Of a stretch of 64,000 bases of DNA, positions 40,027 through 49,768 are shown one piece after another (position 1 is the stretch's first letter; every line of letters starts with the position of its first letter). Source of the DNA: a virus. A program made the translations under genes and the position numbers. The stretch covers positions 32,001 to 96,000 of IMG/VR virus record IMGVR_UViG_3300012936_000001; one strand, written 5' to 3'. The notes below the pieces were generated by a model. The model worked only from the letters and a program-made list of their open reading frames with translations. It had not been told where the DNA came from and did no database searches.

Positions 40027-41205
40027 ATGTCGACTAGATATAATATAAAAACACAAAGAGGCGAACACTCTAAGACTGTATATCAAGAATTAAACATTCC
40101 AGAGAATTATGTTGTTCCATCCTGCGGGGTAGAAGACGTAGACAAAGCAATTTTTAAATTGTTCAATGAAGAACTTCCTATGACGATTGAATTAGAAGGA
40201 GAAACAAAAAGAATACCGGTTATTTTCGCAACTGGAGAAAGAGCGTTTATATTAAGAAGACAACAACCCCTCAGGGATCGTCAAGGCGCGCTGATTTTAC
40301 CACTCATATCAATTCTTCGTAGTGGCATCGATCAAAATCCACAAATCCAGCCGGCTATTAGTCCCGGAGATGGACAGATCGTAATTAAGAGAAATATATC
40401 TAAGAATAACGATATTTACAGAAGACAGGAAAACATAGAAGGCTTGCAAAACCAAAAGGGTTTTGCCACAAACAACAAGCATAAAGGTCCATCTTCTAGA
40501 ATAACCTACAATAGAGGAAAAATATCTTTAGAGCCGGTAAAAAACAACATATACGAATTTATTACGATGCCTGTGCCTAGATTTTTTGTAGCCACATATG
40601 AAGTTTCATTTTGGTCTCAATATTTACAACAGATGAACAAAATACAAGAAGCACTAATGACAAGCTACAACATTAGCCAAACAAGGACATTCAGGATAGA
40701 ATCAGACAAAGGTTATTGGTTTGTGGCAACCGTAGACTCCGGAATAAGTATAGACCAGAATTTCGACTCTTTTCAGGACGAAGAAAGAATAATAAAATCT
40801 TCGATAACTATTAATGTAAACGGTTATGTTATAAATCCTGATTTTGACGGGGCAATAAGCCCGATCAGAAGATTTTCTTCTTCGCCCCGTGTATCATTTG
40901 AAGCTGTTTTTGCAGACTTAGATGTGCCGCCCACGTCTCCAATAAAATCAGGAGATCCAAAAGATTATACACTTCAAGACCTTTCTGGAATAGATGATGA
41001 ATACCCAGGTTCAGCAATAGGGTTTTTACATGATGATGGCGAAAATGTTATCACCGGGATTGGAGGAAAGACAGCTGGAACAGAAAATGTAGTTAGAACC
41101 ATTACAGATCCATTTAATCAACAGTCAAAAAGAGTAAAAGTTGCCGTAAAATCTAACAATAAAAAGAAAGGCGAAACCGTTTATAGAAAATTATGGACTT
41201 TGTGA
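40027..41205 (+). CDS. Tail terminator/sheath stabiliser (T4 gp15-like)
   Basis: Lies before the sheath. IPVIFATGER, LILPLISILR, YEVSFWSQYLQQMNKIQE. Confidence 0.7.
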   Translation: MSTRYNIKTQRGEHSKTVYQELNIPENYVVPSCGVEDVDKAIFKLFNEELPMTIELEGETKRIPVIFATGERAFILRRQQPLRDRQGALILPLISILRSGIDQNPQIQPAISPGDGQIVIKRNISKNNDIYRRQENIEGLQNQKGFATNNKHKGPSSRITYNRGKISLEPVKNNIYEFITMPVPRFFVATYEVSFWSQYLQQMNKIQEALMTSYNISQTRTFRIESDKGYWFVATVDSGISIDQNFDSFQDEERIIKSSITINVNGYVINPDFDGAISPIRRFSSSPRVSFEAVFADLDVPPTSPIKSGDPKDYTLQDLSGIDDEYPGSAIGFLHDDGENVITGIGGKTAGTENVVRTITDPFNQQSKRVKVAVKSNNKKKGETVYRKLWTL

Positions 41206-41215
41206 TATTGCCAAC

Positions 41216-41222
41216 ATATTTA
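41216..41222 (+). promoter_or_regulatory. Putative late promoter ATANTTA
   Basis: ATATTTA upstream of sheath 1. Confidence 0.6.
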
Positions 41223-41246
41223 TAACTAAAAATAGGAGACATAAAA

Positions 41247-44200
41247 ATGGCAGAAAAATCTTTTAAATCACCAGGATTTTTTGAACAAGAAATAGAACTA
41301 ACTGTTCAGAGACAATCTCCCTCCGGAAATCCTGCAGGAATTATTGGAACGGCAGAAAGCGGACCGGCTTTTGTTCCAATAACAATCGGAACCTTTGAAG
41401 ACTTTCGAAATCGCTTCGGTGGTCTTCATCCCGACCGTTTTGGACCTTACGCTGTAAGGGAGTTCTTGAAAAATAGAAACGCCGTAACTTATATGAGGGT
41501 CCTAGGCGCTGGTTCAAATGATTCGCCGACAGATATTACGAATACAAAAGAGTATGGAATAGTAAAGAATGCCGGGTTTATTCTTAAAGGTTCTACTTCT
41601 GAAATCGATAGTAGAAAACCTGGAACTGTCCAATTCTTAGTGGCTCAGCATACAATACCAGCTGCTGCAGACATTGGATATCCTCTTTTTACAGACAATG
41701 AATCATTCCCTTCGGTACGGGAGTCTAGTAAAACTTTTACAGCTGACGCCGGAATATGCCTTGTTCGAGCGGTAATATTCACTCCGACCGGTTCTTTGAT
41801 GACGATACAAGACAACGACTATGATATACAAGCTGCGGCAAACGTGAATGCCGCAGATGATCTTGCAACTGCTGACAGTACAAATTATGCTGTGAAACTA
41901 GTCCTCAGAAATGGAGAATCATCGGAATTTGGCAATAGCGACGGAAAAGGAAGTAATTCTCAAGGCGTGAGAGTATATTCTGCTTCTTTAGATCCAGATA
42001 ATGTAAACTACATAGGAAAAGTATTGAACACAGATCCAAAGTTGTTCCAGCAAGAGCAACATTTGCTATACTTGGATTTTCCAATAGAAACTTCGGTTGC
42101 GACACCATCAACAACTGCAAACCATGTCGGCCTGTTAATGGGTGGAGCAAACACGGTTACTGAAGTTCCTACGTCTGTAATTTCGGATGTTTCGCATGCT
42201 TCAATATTCGGTAGATATGATACACGTTATAAGGCTCCGAAGACAACAAAATTTATTTCGCAACCATACGGAACCACAGAGTTTGATTTGTTTCATTTCG
42301 AACTTCTTTCAGACGGTTCAAACGCGAATTCTTTATATAAAATATCGATATCTAACATAAAGGCTTCTACAAATCCAAATTACAAATATGGAACATTCAA
42401 CGTAGAACTAAGAAAATTCAACGATATTGATCAGTCGCCAGAAATCCTAGAACAATATACCGCTTGTTCTTTAGATCCAAGAAACGAAAGGTTTATAGCA
42501 AAGGTCATTGGAGATAAAAAAGTTGTATATGATTTTGACTCAGAAAATGAAGATGAAAAAAGACTAGTAGTATCCGGAAGATATCCAAACAAATCTTTAC
42601 GTCTGAGGGTTGTAATGGAAGACGCAGTATATAAAGACCAGGTGCCAGAAGATGCTTTGCCTTTTGGTTTTAAGGGCATACCTGTTATAAAGACTTCGCC
42701 GAATACAAAACAAGCACCTGCTACTTTTGACCCAATCAACTCTTTTGGAACCGCGGTTGTGAGCGGAACAAAAAGATTGGCAGAGGAAGCTAGCACTGCG
42801 ACTGATCTTACCGGTTCAATCGTGCCTCCGCTTCCTTTCAGGTTCAAAGTAACAAAAGGCGCTTTGGAATCTACTTCCACCAGTGTTCATTATACTGGCT
42901 ACCCTGGAGCAAAAGAAAGAATCGATGGTCGTTTATACTGGGGTGTTCAATTTCAAAAGATTGGTTCTTCTATCTACGCTCCAAACGGTTCAAATAAGGC
43001 AAATGAATTTATAAAATCTTATACCAAATTTCAAGGAATTCAGAAAATAGGCGCGCTGTATTCAGACAGTGACGCAAATTCCTTTGGATCTAATAAATTT
43101 ACTCTGGCAAGAGTAGCCTTAGGTAATTCATTGTCCGGGGCCGGCCACATCTCGGACATTACAGGTTCGGCAAGTCAGCACATGTTGGAAGCAGCCTATA
43201 TAAGAAATGGAACGGTCAAAGCGTCAGATTACACAGTGAACGATGCTGTCTCCGGCGGCGATCGAATAACGTTGGCTACGCTTATAAATTCTTCTAGCGT
43301 GCATTTCAATCGATTCAGCTCTTTTGCAAAGTTCAACAATATATTTTTTGGTGGATTTGACGGACTAAATATACTGAACAGAGATATCAATAATATGACT
43401 GACAAAGCAGCGTCAACCGATTCTGCTGCTGGAGGACTTGGAGGAGATTCCATCACTGGAGGCCTGGGATTATCTGGAACAAACGATGGTAGCACAATGG
43501 GTAAAGGAAAATTGAATAACGTTATCGCTTCGTATAGACAAGCTATCAACATCATGACAGATCCTTTGTCTGTAAGGACTAATATTCTTGCAATTCCTGG
43601 AATAAGAGACGCTTATGTCACTGACCACGCTGCAGAAAAATCACGTGATTATGCAATGGGGTTCTACGTAATGGACATTCCATCTTATGATGAAGACGGA
43701 AATAGAATATTTATTGACGACGCATCAAAAGTTCCGGACGTTGATAAGACAGCCGAAGAACTAGAAGGAAGGGTTTTTGATAACAACTATGCTGCAACCT
43801 ATTTTCCAGATGTTTTTATTACAGATCCACAGAACAATAGAAGAGTATTGGTGCCTCCTTCGGTAGCTGCTATCGGCGCCCTTGGATTTTCTGATACTGT
43901 TGCTTATCCATGGTTTGCTCCCGCGGGATTCAACAGAGGGTCTCTTGGATTTGTACAAAATGTCAAAGTTAGATTATCAACACTAGATCGAGATACACTC
44001 TATGAAAGTAGAATTAATCCTATATCTACATTTCCTAATGGCGGATTTGTAATCTTTGGACAAAAGACACTTCAGTTGGCTCAGTCTGCTCTTGATAGAG
44101 TAAACGTAAGAAGGCTTATGCTTGAGGTCAAAAGACAAATTGTTAATGTTGCAAGAAATCTTGTCTTTGAACAAAACAATAACCAGACAAGACAAAGATT

Positions 44201-44408
44201 TATAAACTCTGCCGCCCCTAAGTTGGCGCTTATTCAGTCTCAGGCTGGAATAGAATCTTTCAAAATTATTATGGATGATTCGAATAACACTGAAGCAGAC
44301 AAAGAAGAAAACAGACTTAACGGAAAAATAATCGTCGTTCCAACCCGAGCAATTGAGTTTATTTCAATAGACTTTGTAATTACTAATTCGGGTGTTGCAT
44401 TTGAGTGA
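41247..44408 (+). CDS. Contractile tail sheath protein, copy 1 (T4 gp18-like)
   Basis: SPGFFEQEIE, GPAFVP, PWFAPAGFNRG, RINPI, FGQKTL, RVNVRRL, PTRAIEFISIDF. Confidence 0.95.
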   Translation: MAEKSFKSPGFFEQEIELTVQRQSPSGNPAGIIGTAESGPAFVPITIGTFEDFRNRFGGLHPDRFGPYAVREFLKNRNAVTYMRVLGAGSNDSPTDITNTKEYGIVKNAGFILKGSTSEIDSRKPGTVQFLVAQHTIPAAADIGYPLFTDNESFPSVRESSKTFTADAGICLVRAVIFTPTGSLMTIQDNDYDIQAAANVNAADDLATADSTNYAVKLVLRNGESSEFGNSDGKGSNSQGVRVYSASLDPDNVNYIGKVLNTDPKLFQQEQHLLYLDFPIETSVATPSTTANHVGLLMGGANTVTEVPTSVISDVSHASIFGRYDTRYKAPKTTKFISQPYGTTEFDLFHFELLSDGSNANSLYKISISNIKASTNPNYKYGTFNVELRKFNDIDQSPEILEQYTACSLDPRNERFIAKVIGDKKVVYDFDSENEDEKRLVVSGRYPNKSLRLRVVMEDAVYKDQVPEDALPFGFKGIPVIKTSPNTKQAPATFDPINSFGTAVVSGTKRLAEEASTATDLTGSIVPPLPFRFKVTKGALESTSTSVHYTGYPGAKERIDGRLYWGVQFQKIGSSIYAPNGSNKANEFIKSYTKFQGIQKIGALYSDSDANSFGSNKFTLARVALGNSLSGAGHISDITGSASQHMLEAAYIRNGTVKASDYTVNDAVSGGDRITLATLINSSSVHFNRFSSFAKFNNIFFGGFDGLNILNRDINNMTDKAASTDSAAGGLGGDSITGGLGLSGTNDGSTMGKGKLNNVIASYRQAINIMTDPLSVRTNILAIPGIRDAYVTDHAAEKSRDYAMGFYVMDIPSYDEDGNRIFIDDASKVPDVDKTAEELEGRVFDNNYAATYFPDVFITDPQNNRRVLVPPSVAAIGALGFSDTVAYPWFAPAGFNRGSLGFVQNVKVRLSTLDRDTLYESRINPISTFPNGGFVIFGQKTLQLAQSALDRVNVRRLMLEVKRQIVNVARNLVFEQNNNQTRQRFINSAAPKLALIQSQAGIESFKIIMDDSNNTEADKEENRLNGKIIVVPTRAIEFISIDFVITNSGVAFE
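44078..44113 (+). repeat. 36-nt exact direct repeat, copy 1 (copy 2 at 47173..47208)
   Basis: GGCTCAGTCTGCTCTTGATAGAGTAAACGTAAGAAG occurs in both sheath genes. Confidence 0.9.
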
Positions 44409-44443
44409 TAGTTATATAAAAGAATCATGAAGGAGAGACATAA

Positions 44444-47400
44444 ATGTCAGAACAAATATTAAAAAGTCCAGGAGTTTCCGCAAGAGAAATAGATCTGTCT
44501 CAACCAGGCAGCACATCCCCTAGGGGAATACCTGCTTGCGTTATTGGAACAGCTCAGAAAGGTCCGGCTTTTGTGCCTATTACCTTTGCATCTTATGCTG
44601 ACTTTAAAACAAAATTCGGTGGAACCGATGGAAAATTATTCGGCCCAATTGCTGTCGCGGAATGGCTAAGAAATGCTCAGTCAGCAACTTATGTGAGAGT
44701 TCTTGGCGTCGGAAATGCAAAAAAAGCAAATACAAACGGAACTACAACTAATGCTGGTTTTGTCGTTGGTAATAAGCTTCCTCAAGCTGGAGGAAACATC
44801 GGAAGGAACATACACGCTACGGATCTCCGTCCCGCTGGCCGAACATTCTTTTTATCTGCCTTTATGAAAGACAAGTCTGATGCAAATGCTGATAAAATTG
44901 GATATTTGACAGACGCAGATTTGTCTGGATCTGTAGATAAAGCAGTGTTGAGAGGTTGTATTCTTGTCGCTTCTGGTGTACGTCCTGCATTGTCCGGATG
45001 GGACGCTTCTGAACTGGATGCCCCAAATACTACGACAACAATAACTAGTGATGCTGGCCATGAGGTTGGAGCCGTAAATTTGAATACTAATGGCGATGAA
45101 TCATTTGTAATGTTCCTTAACGGATTCACGAATACAAATGCTCAAACGGCTATAATCACCGCTTCGATGAATCCTTTGAGTAAAAATTATTTTTCTAAGG
45201 TCTTGAATACAGATCCAACAAAAATAGAAGAAAAAGGTCATTATCTTTATGCTCATTTCGACGTTCATCCAAATCAGGCAACGGTTACTGCGATGGAATA
45301 TCCGGAGAGAGATAAGCAACTCGAAAACGCAGTGGGTTATGCTCACCGCGTAATAATTCAATCAGGTTCACATACTAGAAATACTTTTCATGGTTCACAA
45401 TACAAGCCTAATTTTGAAAACTTTGAAGACAAATTTAAACATGCAGAGTCTCCGTGGATTATATCTCAGACACTAGGTTCCGGACCAAAAAATCTATTCA
45501 AGGTATATGCGCTAGACGCCGGAGAATATGCGAATACTCTTTTCAAAATATCTATTGCAAATATTAAAAAATCTTCTGATGTTAATTATGATTATGGCCA
45601 ATTTGATTTGTTGGTAAGAGCATTCGATGATACGGATGCAGAGCCACAAATCCTAGAAAAATTCACAGCTTGCTCTCTAGATCCTTCTTCCGATCGATAT
45701 ATAGCTAGGGTTGTAGGCGATCAGAATATATTCTTTGATTTTGAGAAACAAGACGCAAATCAAAAATTGGTTATAGAAGGTTTGTACCCAAATAGATCGC
45801 AATATATCAGAATTAAGGTTGTCGACGATGTTGAAAATGGCGTTATTAGCGCAACTGCTCTTCCGTTCGGATTCCGAGGAAAGAAACACTTGGTTCTTGA
45901 TGGTGTTTCTCTTGGTCCTCTAGACGCATCTGCTACCACCGGTCTTGATGAAGCAGAAATAGACGGAAATGTCTTTGAACCGCCTGTTCCACTTCGAAAA
46001 ACTCTACGCATAGGGCAAGGATCATTGTCAAGAATCGATTCTCGACTTTATTGGGGTGTTCAAAATACTATGCAAGGATCTGTTCTTGATCCAAATGCAT
46101 CCAGTGTTATTAATCCTCTGATAGCTAACTTTACAAAATATTTTCCAACCTTTGGAACCTATGCTCCTTTCGTCGGAGACAACGCCGGCGCAGCGAATGA
46201 TTCCAATGGAGCAAAGCTTGATAGCGATGCCTATAATAACAACATGTTTACCTTCGAAAGAATATGGGCAAAATGTAAATCCGGAGCTGTTGCAAACGCT
46301 GTCGATAATTTGCAATGGCACGAAGCCGTTTATATCAGATCAGGTTCTACGCCGGCCGCTAATTCTGGGCTTGGATATTTCCAAGAAGATGACGGTTCTA
46401 CGCCGAAGACGGCTGCGAATGGATATAGATTCTTGGATTACACAAAAGACTTTGGCGAACAAGCTTCGAAGAAATTCTTCAAGTTTACTACATTTTTGCA
46501 AGGCGGGTTTGACGGTTTGAATGTCTTCAAGAAAGATATGCATGAATTGGCCAACAATCAGGCACATCGAGAAGCTCTATATTCGACGTCAACCGGTTAC
46601 GGAACAACTGGGCCTACGATCGCGGCATATAGAAGAGCACTTGATATAGTAGCAGAAAAATCAGACGTCGATATTCAGTTGTTGGCAATTCCTGGTATTC
46701 GAGAGCCATCTATCACCGACTATGCCATCGATCAAGTAGAAAACAGATTTGATGCATTGTACATTATGGATGTAGAAGAAGAAGAAACTTCTGCTGGAAC
46801 AGTCGTAACTTCGTCTTTGCAAAATATCAACGTAACAAATACTTCTAATCGACTTTCAAACAGAGTGCTTGATTCTTCTTTTGCAGCGGCATATTTCCCA
46901 GATGTGATCATTGCAGATCCGGATTCAACAGCCAACATTCAGTCGCCACCTTCTTGTGCAGTATTAGGAGCAATGTCTCTTAACGACTCTGTCGCGCATC
47001 CTTGGTTTGCGCCTGCAGGATTTTCTCGCGGGGCTTTGTCGTCAACTATCGAAGCACAAGTAAAATTAAATCGTGCAAATATGGATTCTCTTTATGAAGC
47101 AGACATCAATCCTATAGTTGCTTTCCCAACTTCTTCTGGTGTTGTAATCTTCGGACAGAAAACTCTTCTGCAGGCTCAGTCTGCTCTTGATAGAGTAAAC
47201 GTAAGAAGATTGCTGATAGACATCAGAAGAAAAGTAAGATTGGTCGCAAACTCTGTGTTGTTCGAGCCAAACAGAGAGTCAACTCTTGCAAGATTCTCTG
47301 CTTCCGTTCAGCCGATTCTTACGGTTATTCAACAGCAACAAGGACTAGATAGATTCAAAGTCGTTATCGATACAACCACAACAACCCAGCAAGATGTTGA

Positions 47401-47500
47401 GAATAATACGATAAGAGGAAAAATCTTCTTGCAACCCACAAGAGCTGTAGAATTTATCTCTCTAGATTTTGTTGTTACAAATGCTGGTGCAGAGATTTAA
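44444..47500 (+). CDS. Contractile tail sheath protein, copy 2 (T4 gp18-like)
   Basis: SPGVSAREID, GPAFVP, PWFAPAGFSRG, FGQKTL, RVNVRRL, FEPN, PTRAVEFISLDF. Confidence 0.95.
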   Translation: MSEQILKSPGVSAREIDLSQPGSTSPRGIPACVIGTAQKGPAFVPITFASYADFKTKFGGTDGKLFGPIAVAEWLRNAQSATYVRVLGVGNAKKANTNGTTTNAGFVVGNKLPQAGGNIGRNIHATDLRPAGRTFFLSAFMKDKSDANADKIGYLTDADLSGSVDKAVLRGCILVASGVRPALSGWDASELDAPNTTTTITSDAGHEVGAVNLNTNGDESFVMFLNGFTNTNAQTAIITASMNPLSKNYFSKVLNTDPTKIEEKGHYLYAHFDVHPNQATVTAMEYPERDKQLENAVGYAHRVIIQSGSHTRNTFHGSQYKPNFENFEDKFKHAESPWIISQTLGSGPKNLFKVYALDAGEYANTLFKISIANIKKSSDVNYDYGQFDLLVRAFDDTDAEPQILEKFTACSLDPSSDRYIARVVGDQNIFFDFEKQDANQKLVIEGLYPNRSQYIRIKVVDDVENGVISATALPFGFRGKKHLVLDGVSLGPLDASATTGLDEAEIDGNVFEPPVPLRKTLRIGQGSLSRIDSRLYWGVQNTMQGSVLDPNASSVINPLIANFTKYFPTFGTYAPFVGDNAGAANDSNGAKLDSDAYNNNMFTFERIWAKCKSGAVANAVDNLQWHEAVYIRSGSTPAANSGLGYFQEDDGSTPKTAANGYRFLDYTKDFGEQASKKFFKFTTFLQGGFDGLNVFKKDMHELANNQAHREALYSTSTGYGTTGPTIAAYRRALDIVAEKSDVDIQLLAIPGIREPSITDYAIDQVENRFDALYIMDVEEEETSAGTVVTSSLQNINVTNTSNRLSNRVLDSSFAAAYFPDVIIADPDSTANIQSPPSCAVLGAMSLNDSVAHPWFAPAGFSRGALSSTIEAQVKLNRANMDSLYEADINPIVAFPTSSGVVIFGQKTLLQAQSALDRVNVRRLLIDIRRKVRLVANSVLFEPNRESTLARFSASVQPILTVIQQQQGLDRFKVVIDTTTTTQQDVENNTIRGKIFLQPTRAVEFISLDFVVTNAGAEI
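47173..47208 (+). repeat. 36-nt exact direct repeat, copy 2
   Basis: Identical to 44078..44113. Confidence 0.9.
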
Positions 47501-47508
47501 AGAACGTT

Positions 47509-47515
47509 ATACTTA
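47509..47515 (+). promoter_or_regulatory. Putative late promoter ATANTTA
   Basis: ATACTTA upstream of the tail tube. Confidence 0.6.
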
Positions 47516-47543
47516 TTAATATAAAACTTTTCAGGAGAAAAAA

Positions 47544-48032
47544 ATGGCAGAGACTTTATCCGTAGTGGACATGTTGCCCAATAAATTTGAACCAAAAAGA
47601 AAGAATAGGTGGATCTTTGCGCTTGAAGGTATCGATTCTTTCCTTATCAAGACTGCTGCTCGTCCCAGTATCACTATAGCGGAACACGAGATCAAGTTTA
47701 TGAATTCCAGAAGATATGTGGCTGGAGTTGGAAACTTTGACGCAATTTCTTTGACTCTTCACGATCCTATTGCTCCATCCGGTGCACAGCAAGTAATGGA
47801 ATGGGTACGTACTCATTTTGAATCTGTGTCTGGACGACAAGGATATGCAGATTTTTATAAGAGAGATGCACAGCTTAAGTTAGTTGATCCAATCGGTACA
47901 GTTATCGAACTTTGGGACATGAAAGGATGTTTTCTTACGAACGCAAACTTTAATGATGTTTCCTATGACGATGATGGCGGAATGGAAATATCTCTTACAA
48001 TGCGATTTGATAACTGCGTTTTACAATACTAG
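47544..48032 (+). CDS. Tail tube protein (T4 gp19-like)
   Basis: FEPKRKNRW, LHDPIAPSGAQQVMEW, GYADFYKRD, DPIGTVIELW. Follows the sheath genes. Confidence 0.9.
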   Translation: MAETLSVVDMLPNKFEPKRKNRWIFALEGIDSFLIKTAARPSITIAEHEIKFMNSRRYVAGVGNFDAISLTLHDPIAPSGAQQVMEWVRTHFESVSGRQGYADFYKRDAQLKLVDPIGTVIELWDMKGCFLTNANFNDVSYDDDGGMEISLTMRFDNCVLQY

Positions 48033-48053
48033 AACAATCGAACGCTTGTATTG

Positions 48054-48091
48054 ATATTTGGTCAGCTTGTATAAGGGGGCTGGCCAGATAT
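48054..48091 (+). terminator. RNA hairpin after tail tube gene (probable terminator)
   Basis: ATATTTGGTCAGCT pairs with GGCTGGCCAGATAT as a 14-bp stem with three G-U pairs (full pairing only on + strand RNA), followed by TTATTT. Confidence 0.55.
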
Positions 48092-48174
48092 TTATTTAGA
48101 AATAATTTACAAATTTTGTGTAAAGTCTTCTAAAAAATATTATATTAATTAGGAATAACACCGCAGGAGAGAAA

Positions 48175-48819
48175 ATGTCAAAATCACTTAAAAAACTTTT
48201 GCTCGAGTCAATAGATGGTGCAACTGTTAATAATTTCCAAGAGATAGTCGACAACCATGGGTTCTTAGGAACCAAAGGCATTATAGTGACAGAAAAAGAT
48301 CTGATCGGATCTGATAAATATGTTCTCTTTGCATCTCCCTCCGGTCTCAAGCACATCGAAGAAAGGCACAAGGATCCTAATATGCCAGGTTCTGTTTTCG
48401 TACAGGGTATCAATCTTTATAACGTCATGCAAGACATAATTCAAGATAACCCTCCAAATGACATGCGACAATTTCCAAAAGTAAAATGGATAGAAGTAAA
48501 AATGAACGATGTTGTTGGCTATTCTGGAATATATCTAGACTCCCCAGAAAAAGTTGCAAAGATGAAAGATTTTGCAACCCCCGGAGGAAGAGGAGAGATT
48601 GTTAAAGTAGCTCCTGGAAAATTATATCCAACAAACGCCATGTCGCTGATTACGATAAAAATTGGAGACTTATCAGATGGAAGGGAGGCTCTATCTCTGA
48701 TTACTTTATTTCCTGGTGATGGGTCTATTGATGGAGTCGAGATTCCTTCTTCAAGGGATGAATTTGCAGCAAAAGGATTTTATTTTCAACTTCCTCCAGA
48801 ATCTCCAGCACTAAAATAG
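48175..48819 (+). CDS. Hypothetical protein, possible BECR-fold RNase with (L)LLE leader
   Basis: AGGAG RBS, MSKSLKKLLLES, GLKHIEERH and LITLFPG motifs. Confidence 0.4.
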   Translation: MSKSLKKLLLESIDGATVNNFQEIVDNHGFLGTKGIIVTEKDLIGSDKYVLFASPSGLKHIEERHKDPNMPGSVFVQGINLYNVMQDIIQDNPPNDMRQFPKVKWIEVKMNDVVGYSGIYLDSPEKVAKMKDFATPGGRGEIVKVAPGKLYPTNAMSLITIKIGDLSDGREALSLITLFPGDGSIDGVEIPSSRDEFAAKGFYFQLPPESPALK

Positions 48820-48898
48820 TTTACAGAGCAAAAATTGAGCAATATAATTATCAGTGAGTTCTGTTCAGTTATTTTAATAAAGATTCATGGAGTTATAG

Positions 48899-49768
48899 AT
48901 GAGTACAAGACAAGGAAACGATGTCTTCAAAGACGATAAACCAGAAGGCGCTACAGGTTGGACTGGCCCGTCTTCTAATGTAATGAGAGACGAATTTGGT
49001 CTCGAGATCCCAGTGGAGTCAATTCCGCTTCCATCCAAAGGAGTTGTATATCCGCCAGATTCGCCACTGTATGGCAAAGAAACGATAGACATACGTCCTA
49101 TGACAGCCCGCGAAGAGGATATTCTTACAAGCCGCGCGCTAATTAAAAAAGGCACAGTTATCACAGAATTAATCAAGAGCTGTTTAATTGATAAAAGAAT
49201 CAACCCAGAAGATCTGTTGGTTGGAGACAGAAACGCAGTTATGACATCTCTCAGGATTACAGGCTACGGTTCTGATTATAACGTTGAGGTTGGTTGCCCT
49301 TCTTGTGGAGAGAAATCGAAACAATGTTTTGATCTGACAGAGCTTCCGATCAAGAGACTCGCACAGAATCCTATTGCTGAAGGATCAAATTGTTTTGAGT
49401 GCAAAATAGCAACTGGCGTTGAAGGAAAAGAACTGGTTATACGGTATCGTTTTATGACAGGTACAGACGAAAGAGAAATCCAAGTTTTGCAAGAAAGAAA
49501 AAAGAAAAAAGGATTTTCTGCAGATCAACTAATTACGACAAGATACCAAAGACAGATTGTTGCTGTAAATAACGTGACAGATAAGTCAAAAATTCAGATG
49601 TTCATTCAGAAAATGCCAACGAAATACTCTCGAACTCTTCGTAAACACATGGACGAAAACGAACCTGGCGTCGAAATGAAAGCGCATATGCAGTGTCCTC
49701 ATTGTTTCGAGGAGTCGGAGGTCTCCATGCCCATTGGGGCTAGCTTTTTTTGGCCTGACGCCGGATAA
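48899..49768 (+). CDS. Baseplate hub/tail assembly chaperone (T4 gp26-like)
   Basis: LPSKG..Y, IRPMTAREEDIL, DLLVGDRNA...LRITGYG, CPSC and CPHC, ends FFWP. Confidence 0.8.
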   Translation: MSTRQGNDVFKDDKPEGATGWTGPSSNVMRDEFGLEIPVESIPLPSKGVVYPPDSPLYGKETIDIRPMTAREEDILTSRALIKKGTVITELIKSCLIDKRINPEDLLVGDRNAVMTSLRITGYGSDYNVEVGCPSCGEKSKQCFDLTELPIKRLAQNPIAEGSNCFECKIATGVEGKELVIRYRFMTGTDEREIQVLQERKKKKGFSADQLITTRYQRQIVAVNNVTDKSKIQMFIQKMPTKYSRTLRKHMDENEPGVEMKAHMQCPHCFEESEVSMPIGASFFWPDAG

